NCBI GenBank assembly: GCA_000991185.1
Contig: LBRB01000001.1
Location: 4,080-68,079, forward strand
Reading direction: 5' to 3'
Source of the DNA: Berkelbacteria bacterium GW2011_GWA2_35_9
GTDB lineage: Bacteria; Patescibacteriota; UBA1384; GWA2-35-9
Length of the DNA: 64,000 nt
Under the pieces are notes generated by a model that was not told the origin of the DNA, did not search any database, and worked only from the letters and a program-made list of their open reading frames with translations. The position numbers and the translations under genes were made by a program. Shown here one piece after another: positions 58,014 to 64,000 of the stretch; the first letter of the stretch is position 1, and every line of letters starts with the position of its first letter.

Positions 58014-59289
58014 AAGAACGAGAAATAAGATGAGCTTTAATTTGAGAAGAAGTATCTAAAATTACAGATACTAAAATTAAAATACTGGTTCCTCCTAGAA
58101 CGAGGGTGGTTATATGAGTATATTTTTGTACCAAAAATGGAGATATGGCAATAATTCCAAGAAAAATTGAACCCGGTAAAGTAATTCGATTTAGAACATA
58201 CGAGACAAAATTCTCAGTCTCCTTGCCAGGTCTAATACCGGGAATAAAACCACCTTGTTTTTGTAAGTTCTCAGCTACATCTTTGGGCTTGAAAACAATT
58301 GAACTGTAAAAATAGGTAAAGAGAATTACTAAAATAAAATAAGATATGCCATAAAATATATGATTAGGATCAAAAATTCTGACTAAGGTTTTAGAAAAAT
58401 TAACTAAATATTCTGATTTAGCGTTTTGCAAATAACGACCTAAAATACCAGGTATAACGATGAAAGATAGAGCAAAAATAATTGGGATCACCCCAGCAAT
58501 ATTAACTTTTATTGGTAAATAAGTATCAATGATTTGACCAGAAGTTTTAAATGAACTTTGTCGTGCATATGAAATAGGAATTTTACGAATCGCATCGTTC
58601 ATTATTACGATAAAGAAGATCGTTAATATTGAGGTTACAGCAAATATAAATAAACCATTTAGCATAGTTGAGTCAATTATTCCCCCGGCTGTTATAGCTG
58701 AAATTGTATTGTTGATTTGGCTTGGCATTCCACCAATAATATTAATAGTAATTATTAATGAAATTCCATTACCAATTCCTGATTCGGAAATATTTTCCCC
58801 CAACCACATATAAAATACAGAAGTAGCGGTAGAAACTAATATTGATAAACCAAGAATTAAAGGAGTTAATTCAACAATAACTCCCTGATTTTTTAGCAAC
58901 GAAATTAAACCGAACGATTGAATAATTGACATTGGAACGGTTAGTAAACGAGTATATTGATTGATTTTATTTTTTCCATACTCGCCTTCTTTTTGAAGAT
59001 CTTCAAGTGAGGGAATTATATATGTCATTAACTGCATTATTATTGAAGCGGTAATATATGGACCAACTCCCATAAATCCAATCGAAAAACGAGAAAGAGA
59101 ACCACCAGAAAAAATATCTAACAAACCCAATAATTGGTTTGATGAAAAAAATTCTTGTAGTTGATTAGTCTGAATTCCTGGTAATGGAATTTGATCAATT
59201 ACTCTAACAATCAATAAAATGATTGTAGTTACAAGAATTTTCTTTCTTAAATCTTTTAATTGCCAAAGATTCTTAAGTGTTTTTAACAT
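58000..59289 (-). CDS. secY: Preprotein translocase SecY
   Basis: 429 aa; 10 TM segments, IDQIPLPGI N-terminal signature. Confidence 0.95.
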   Translation of the reverse strand: MLKTLKNLWQLKDLRKKILVTTIILLIVRVIDQIPLPGIQTNQLQEFFSSNQLLGLLDIFSGGSLSRFSIGFMGVGPYITASIIMQLMTYIIPSLEDLQKEGEYGKNKINQYTRLLTVPMSIIQSFGLISLLKNQGVIVELTPLILGLSILVSTATSVFYMWLGENISESGIGNGISLIITINIIGGMPSQINNTISAITAGGIIDSTMLNGLFIFAVTSILTIFFIVIMNDAIRKIPISYARQSSFKTSGQIIDTYLPIKVNIAGVIPIIFALSFIVIPGILGRYLQNAKSEYLVNFSKTLVRIFDPNHIFYGISYFILVILFTYFYSSIVFKPKDVAENLQKQGGFIPGIRPGKETENFVSYVLNRITLPGSIFLGIIAISPFLVQKYTHITTLVLGGTSILILVSVILDTSSQIKAHLISRSYEIY

Positions 59290-59294
59290 AAGAA

Positions 59295-59516
59295 TTATCT
59301 TTTTTTATTTGGACGACTCTTTTTTTTGGGCAATCTTTTATATAATGGTGTTTGCCCTCCTTCAAATCCGAATGGAATACTGTTGCCAGTTCTTGATTTT
59401 TGACCTTTAGTTCCTTTTCCAGAAGTTTTACCTTTTCCCGAAGCACGACCTCTTCCAAGTCTTTTTTTCTTATTTTCTTTTTTCTCAAAAAAATCTGTCA
59501 ATTTAAAATCCGTCAT
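59295..59516 (-). CDS. rplO: 50S ribosomal protein L15, N-terminal half only (73 aa)
   Basis: [26 protein letters not shown]...[16 protein letters not shown] matches L15 N-terminal region; stop 6 nt before secY start. Confidence 0.75.
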   Translation of the reverse strand: MTDFKLTDFFEKKENKKKRLGRGRASGKGKTSGKGTKGQKSRTGNSIPFGFEGGQTPLYKRLPKKKSRPNKKR

Positions 59517-59520
59517 AACT

Positions 59521-59970
59521 TTAACTTAATCTTTTTAATGCTAAAAATACAGCTTTGACAATATTTATTTTATTAGCGCTTCCAATATTTTTAGATATTA
59601 TATTATTAATACCAAAAGCTTCAACAACACTTCGTACCGGTCCTCCAGCCACTAACGATGTACCAGTTGTAGCCGGTTTTAAAATTACTTGCGCACTTGC
59701 ATATTTAACTTTTATCTCTCTCGAGATTGATTTATGTTCATTTAATTGAATTGTCAACATCTTTTTTTTAGCTTGGTTGATTGCCTTTGATATTGCATCA
59801 ACCACTTCAGTACTTTTTGCAACACCATATCCAGCTTTTCCATTTCTATTTCCAATTACAACTAAAGCTCTAAATCTTATACGGCGACCGCCTTTTACAG
59901 TTCTCGAAATACGGCTTATTTCAATAACCTTTTCTTCAAATTCTTTTTTTTCAGTTTTTTGATATTTCAT
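59521..59970 (-). CDS. rpsE: 30S ribosomal protein S5
   Basis: 149 aa; dsRBD-like N-term and [26 protein letters not shown]. Confidence 0.9.
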   Translation of the reverse strand: MKYQKTEKKEFEEKVIEISRISRTVKGGRRIRFRALVVIGNRNGKAGYGVAKSTEVVDAISKAINQAKKKMLTIQLNEHKSISREIKVKYASAQVILKPATTGTSLVAGGPVRSVVEAFGINNIISKNIGSANKINIVKAVFLALKRLS

Positions 59971-60284
59971 ATTTTAAGTCCTTTACTTCTTGCTGAATCG
60001 GCTAAAGTTTTTATTCTTCCAATATAGCGAAACGATCCTCTGTCGAAAACTACTTGCTTGATTTTTTTATTTAAACATTTTTCTGCAATATCGTTTCCGA
60101 CATAAACGGCTTGATCGTTTTTACTAACATTTTTTAATTTCAGACTATTTGAACTGACTAAAACTTTTCCTTTATCATCTATAACTTGTGAGTAAATATT
60201 AGTCAAGCTACGAAAAACTTTAAGAATCGGTAGATTTTTCTTATTTAAGAGTTTGAAAATATTTTTATTTTTATTCAATTTCAT
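59967..60284 (-). CDS. rplR: 50S ribosomal protein L18
   Basis: 105 aa; C-terminus [28 protein letters not shown]. Confidence 0.9.
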   Translation of the reverse strand: MKLNKNKNIFKLLNKKNLPILKVFRSLTNIYSQVIDDKGKVLVSSNSLKLKNVSKNDQAVYVGNDIAEKCLNKKIKQVVFDRGSFRYIGRIKTLADSARSKGLKI

Positions 60285-60293
60285 AAACTAAAA

Positions 60294-60842
60294 TTATTTT
60301 TCTGCCTTTAGTGATTTACCAGGTTTTAATTTTACAACTTCATCCGAGTAACGGATACCTTTCCCCTTATATGGTTCGGGCGGTCGTACTTTTCGAATAT
60401 TAGCTGCAAAATTACCAACTAATTGTTTATCAATTCCAGATATTTTAATACTATTTTTTTCAACTTTTATATCAATTCCTTCTGGAGCAATTATTTCAAC
60501 ATTATGAGAAAAACCAACACTTAAGATCAATTTATTATTTTCTAGTGTTACACGGTAGCCAATTCCAATAACTTCTAAATTCTTTTCGTATCCTCGAGTT
60601 ACGCCGACAATAGCATTGGCTATCAATGAACGATATAAACCGTGTAGAGATTTTGTACTTTTCTGTTCATTTTTTCTATTGATCTTGATGATATTTTCTT
60701 TCATATCAAATAGAATTCTGGATTTCATTTTAACTTCCAACTCACCCTTTGGTCCTGAAATTTTCAGATTATTAAGTTTGTCATCATAAACGACATTAAC
60801 ATCTTCAGGAACAATTATTATTTTTTTACCAATTTTTGACAT
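60294..60842 (-). CDS. rplF: 50S ribosomal protein L6
   Basis: 182 aa; two-domain L6 with PEPYKGKGIRY. Confidence 0.9.
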   Translation of the reverse strand: MSKIGKKIIIVPEDVNVVYDDKLNNLKISGPKGELEVKMKSRILFDMKENIIKINRKNEQKSTKSLHGLYRSLIANAIVGVTRGYEKNLEVIGIGYRVTLENNKLILSVGFSHNVEIIAPEGIDIKVEKNSIKISGIDKQLVGNFAANIRKVRPPEPYKGKGIRYSDEVVKLKPGKSLKAEK

Positions 60843-60845
60843 AAT

Positions 60846-61214
60846 TTATTCGATTATTGAAAACAATTTTTCTCCACCAATCTTTTCTTTTCTTGCCTCT
60901 CTTGATTCTTTTAAGCCTTTTGATGTGGACAAAATTATAATTCCTTTTCTTGGTGAAAACACATCTTTTGATTTGATATACAATCTTCTGCCTGGCTTAG
61001 AGTCTCTTTTAACTGGCATATCGATCATGTTTTCAGTGTCGAGATTAATTTCAATATTTCCATCCTCAATTATTTTAAAATCAACAATATATTTATATTT
61101 TTTTAATATTTTTAATATTTCGAGTTTGAATTTAGATGATTTTACAAAAATCGGCGTTTTGTTTGAACGATAAGCGTTTTTGATTGTAATTAATAAATTT
61201 GCTACTTTATCCAT
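60846..61214 (-). CDS. rpsH: 30S ribosomal protein S8
   Basis: 122 aa; MDKVANLLITIKNA N-terminus. Confidence 0.9.
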   Translation of the reverse strand: MDKVANLLITIKNAYRSNKTPIFVKSSKFKLEILKILKKYKYIVDFKIIEDGNIEINLDTENMIDMPVKRDSKPGRRLYIKSKDVFSPRKGIIILSTSKGLKESREARKEKIGGEKLFSIIE

Positions 61215-61220
61215 AATATT

Positions 61221-61406
61221 TTACCAAGATGATTTAATTACACCAGGAATTTCTCCTCGTGTGGCTCTTTCTCGAAAACATATACGACATAAACCATACG
61301 CCCGAAGGACTGATCGTGGTCTGCCACAAATTTGGCAACGACGAATTGTTCGTGACAAGTATTTTGGTTTTCTGCCTGACTTAACTATTAAACTTTTTTT
61401 TGCCAT
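61221..61406 (-). CDS. rpsZ: 30S ribosomal protein S14 type Z (zinc-binding)
   Basis: 61 aa; [23 protein letters not shown]. Confidence 0.9.
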   Translation of the reverse strand: MAKKSLIVKSGRKPKYLSRTIRRCQICGRPRSVLRAYGLCRICFRERATRGEIPGVIKSSW

Positions 61407-61408
61407 TG

Positions 61409-61951
61409 TTATTTCTTTATTTTATCTTCTTTACCAATTGGAAAGCCAATATATTTTAACAAATGAATGACTTTTTGTCGATCTGAAGAATTTTTAAATA
61501 CAATTGTTATAGAAACTCCAATTATTCCAGATGGCGTGTCAAACGGTATTTCGGGAAAAACAAAATGTTCTTTTATTCCAAGCGATAAATTATTACTCTT
61601 GTCTAAACTATCAAGATTTATACCTTTAAAATCCCTAATGTTTGGTAAAGTTAAATTGACTAAACGGTCAAGAAAATCTTCCATTTTTTTTGCTCTCAAG
61701 GTTGTTTTATAACCAATAATCTCATTTTTTCGTAACTTAAAGGCAGAAATAGCATTTTTTGCTTGGCAATAAGCTGGTTTTTGACCAGTCATAGCAATTA
61801 AATCTTTTTTAATTTGGTCAATTTTAGCTTGATTGTCTCTAAATTTTCCAAAGCCTGTCGAAACTATGACTTTCGAAATTCTGACTACAGAAAAATAATT
61901 AACCTTATCTTCTTGAGCAATTTTTTCGTAAATTTTATTTAAATTAATCAT
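61409..61951 (-). CDS. rplE: 50S ribosomal protein L5
   Basis: 180 aa; conserved L5 core. Confidence 0.9.
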   Translation of the reverse strand: MINLNKIYEKIAQEDKVNYFSVVRISKVIVSTGFGKFRDNQAKIDQIKKDLIAMTGQKPAYCQAKNAISAFKLRKNEIIGYKTTLRAKKMEDFLDRLVNLTLPNIRDFKGINLDSLDKSNNLSLGIKEHFVFPEIPFDTPSGIIGVSITIVFKNSSDRQKVIHLLKYIGFPIGKEDKIKK

Positions 61952-61959
61952 TCTAATAT

Positions 61960-62286
61960 TTATTTCTTTTCTATCTTTTTATCCAATGATTCTTGACATT
62001 TTTTACAAATTCTTTCAATCTTTTTATCTTTTCTGTCAACGACAATTTTAGTTTTTTTATTACAGGCTTGGCAAACTATGCTGACATTTGATATATTGAT
62101 CGGCATTGGTAAATCGATAATGCCACCCTTAGGGTATTTTCTGGAAACTTTTGCATTTTTTTTGTATATATTTTTACCAGAGATTATTAAGTTATTTTCT
62201 TTTCGATAAACCCTTTCAATCGTTCCAGTTTTTCCCTTGTCTTTACCTTTTAATATTAAAACTAAATCGTTTTTTTTAATTTTCAT
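61960..62286 (-). CDS. rplX: 50S ribosomal protein L24 with C-terminal C4 zinc-ribbon extension
   Basis: 108 aa; KOW motif KKNDLVLILKGKDKGKTG; C-terminal CQAC...CKKC. Confidence 0.85.
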   Translation of the reverse strand: MKIKKNDLVLILKGKDKGKTGTIERVYRKENNLIISGKNIYKKNAKVSRKYPKGGIIDLPMPINISNVSIVCQACNKKTKIVVDRKDKKIERICKKCQESLDKKIEKK

Positions 62287-62642
62287 ATCAATTCTCCCGC
62301 TAATGAAACTATTTTTTGATAACCCTTTTCCTTGATTTCCAATGCAACTGGTCCAATAATTCTTGTTCCAACAGGCAATTTATCTTTAATAATTACCGCA
62401 GCATTATCATCAAATTTAACCACAGTTCCATCTTTTCTTTTGATCGGAAATTTTTGACGAACAATAACTGCTTGAACCTTTTCTTTCTTTTTTATTGTGC
62501 CGTTAACAATTGCCGACTTAACAGTTGCAATAACTTTACTGCCAACATAGGCAACTCTTTTTTTTCCGTATACTTGAATAACCTGAATGCTTTTAGCACC
62601 ACTATTATCGGCAACATTAAGATTGGTATATTGTATTATCAT
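62283..62642 (-). CDS. rplN: 50S ribosomal protein L14
   Basis: 119 aa; MIIQYTNLNVADNSGAK. Confidence 0.9.
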   Translation of the reverse strand: MIIQYTNLNVADNSGAKSIQVIQVYGKKRVAYVGSKVIATVKSAIVNGTIKKKEKVQAVIVRQKFPIKRKDGTVVKFDDNAAVIIKDKLPVGTRIIGPVALEIKEKGYQKIVSLAGELI

Positions 62643-62649
62643 TATTTAA

Positions 62650-62874
62650 TTAAATTAATTTCCATTTTTTTCTTTTCGATATCGGTTGACAGTCAGTAAA
62701 TTGAACATTATCCCCTATTTTAATCTCATTATTTGCATTGCTACAATCTACTAAATATTTTTTTGTGACAGAATAAAACTTGTTATATAATGGATGTTTT
62801 TTTCTATGTAAAGTCTGAACTTTGCACGTTCTTTGATCGATCAACTTAACGATTGTTCCATTATATTTTTTCAT
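62650..62874 (-). CDS. rpsQ: 30S ribosomal protein S17
   Basis: 74 aa; OB-fold GTIVKLIDQRTCKVQ. Confidence 0.9.
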   Translation of the reverse strand: MKKYNGTIVKLIDQRTCKVQTLHRKKHPLYNKFYSVTKKYLVDCSNANNEIKIGDNVQFTDCQPISKRKKWKLI

Positions 62875-63082
62875 TGTTATTACTTAATAATTTTTCCGAA
62901 AGAATTGTTTTTAGTCTAGCTAAATTTCTTTTCGTTTCTTTTATTTTATGAATATTTTTAGTCTTTCCAAAATTAACACTAAACCTTAAGCTATTTAATT
63001 TCATTTTCAAAACATCTTCTTCAGCCAATAAAGATTTAATTGTCATTTTATTATACTTGACTATTGTATCGGTTTTTTTCAT
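62861..63082 (-). CDS. rpmC: 50S ribosomal protein L29
   Basis: 73 aa helical; position between L16 and S17. Confidence 0.85.
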   Translation of the reverse strand: MKKTDTIVKYNKMTIKSLLAEEDVLKMKLNSLRFSVNFGKTKNIHKIKETKRNLARLKTILSEKLLSNNNEKI

Positions 63083-63486
63083 TTTTCAATAAATTTAGTT
63101 TTAACTGGTAATTTATGACTGGCTAAACGAAAGGCTTCTTTAGCTAATGTATTATTAATACCGTCCATTTCAAATATTATTCTTCCCGGTGTAACAGTGA
63201 CTACAAAATGATCAGGTGCTCCTTTACCACCTCCCATTCCAACTTCTGCTGGTTGTGCTGAAACTGGTCTATCTGGAAAGACACGAATCCATATTTGACC
63301 TTCCCGTTTAAATAATCTTGTCATGGCTCTTCGGGCAGATTCAATTTGACGAGCTGTCAACCAACTGCGTGTTGTTGCTTTAATACCAAATTTTCCGAAT
63401 ACTAAATCTGAACCACGAGAAGAATTGCCAGGCATTTTACCTCGGAAACTTTTTCTAAACTTCATTTTTCTTGGTTGCATTAACAT
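63079..63486 (-). CDS. rplP: 50S ribosomal protein L16
   Basis: 135 aa; MLMQPRKMKFRKSFRG. Confidence 0.9.
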   Translation of the reverse strand: MLMQPRKMKFRKSFRGKMPGNSSRGSDLVFGKFGIKATTRSWLTARQIESARRAMTRLFKREGQIWIRVFPDRPVSAQPAEVGMGGGKGAPDHFVVTVTPGRIIFEMDGINNTLAKEAFRLASHKLPVKTKFIEK

Positions 63487-63502
63487 AGAAATTTTTGATT
63501 AA

Positions 63503-64000
63503 TTATAAGATTTGCTTACCATCATAAACCCAGACTTTAATTCCAATTACTCCATATGTAGTTTGAGCATGAAAAACGCAAAAGTCAATATTATTTTTTA
63601 AGGTTGATATTGGAATCGTACCTTGGCTATATTTTTCACTTCTAGAAATTTCAGCACCATTTAATCGTCCCGAAATAACAATCTTGACTCCTCTGGCACC
63701 CGATTCCATTGCTTTAGAAATAGCACCTTTAATAGCTCGTCGATACGGTATTCTCCTGCTAACTTGTTGTCCAATATTTTGAGCGATTAAAGTAGCTTTT
63801 ATTTCCGGTTTTTTTACTTCGCTGACATTAAGTTTAATTTTTTGGCTTGGTAATTTATTTTTTAATAAAAACTTTTCTATATTATTTTTAAAATCTTCAA
63901 TTCCTTTTCCTTGTCTTCCGATTATTAAACCTGGTCGTGCAGAATGAATATCAATAATAATATCTTTTTGGGATCTTTTTATAATAACTTTCTCAATCGC
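63503..64000 (-). CDS. rpsC: 30S ribosomal protein S3 (partial, N-terminus beyond window edge)
   Basis: Same frame as track ORF 63503-63709 stays open to window end; read by eye as ...IHSARPGLIIGRQGKGIEDF...SRRIPYRRAIKGAISKAMESGARGVK... Confidence 0.85.
   Translation of the reverse strand, partial: AIEKVIIKRSQKDIIIDIHSARPGLIIGRQGKGIEDFKNNIEKFLLKNKLPSQKIKLNVSEVKKPEIKATLIAQNIGQQVSRRIPYRRAIKGAISKAMESGARGVKIVISGRLNGAEISRSEKYSQGTIPISTLKNNIDFCVFHAQTTYGVIGIKVWVYDGKQIL

Noticed and set aside
59273-59488. 71-aa minus-strand ORF overlapping rplO and the secY start
   Set aside because: Alternative frame of the rplO region overlapping a confidently called secY start; no independent support.

Overview
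This is a very AT-rich, gene-dense bacterial window with almost no intergenic space. Many proteins are compact, which suggests a reduced genome. Standard code 11 reads cleanly, with no in-frame TGA problems. The right-hand 12 kb (51.9-64 kb, minus strand) is the conserved ribosomal-protein cluster: rpsC(partial)-rplP-rpmC-rpsQ-rplN-rplX-rplE-rpsZ-rpsH-rplF-rplR-rpsE-rplO-secY-[inserted ORF]-adk-map-infA-rpmJ-rpsM-rpsK-rpsD-rpoA-rplQ-rplM-rpsI. Within it, L30 is missing between S5 and L15, L15 is only 73 aa, RpoA lacks the C-terminal domain and L24 carries a zinc ribbon. These traits fit an ultra-small, probably symbiotic lineage of the Patescibacteria/CPR type; this placement is an inference. 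Other core content: rplL, secDF, rluA-like, TspO, a divergent sigma factor, an AddA-like helicase-nuclease, trxA, a SpoU methyltransferase, a Y-family polymerase, a B12-dependent class II RNR, ftsZ/ftsA, two paralogous PGI/PMI genes, manC, enolase, two tandem iPGM genes, cca, tRNA-Ala(GGC), leuS, rpmF, nusB, rnc, a DacA-like carboxypeptidase, aspS, pheST and rbfA. Most interesting finds: (i) a tricistronic operon at 632-6129, directly downstream of rplL where rpoBC normally sits, encoding a small acidic protein plus two paralogous ~850-aa membrane-anchored TraG/VirD4/TrwB-like P-loop ATPases, with no other secretion or conjugation partner in the window; (ii) a more GC-rich accessory island (about 46.5-51.9 kb) between rbfA and rpsI. 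The island carries a stand-alone C39-like cysteine peptidase and a small Ser/Lys-rich protein with a textbook RBS. It also carries a class-II Fic/AMPylase with a leaderless promoter, flanked by direct repeats and an upstream operator-like palindrome. Further along are an hsdM gene truncated by an IS with perfect 26-bp terminal inverted repeats (its transposase is degenerate) and a membrane-anchored amidohydrolase-like protein. Three small genes absent from the ORF track were found by eye: rpmF, rpmJ and a 54-aa zinc-ribbon ORF.
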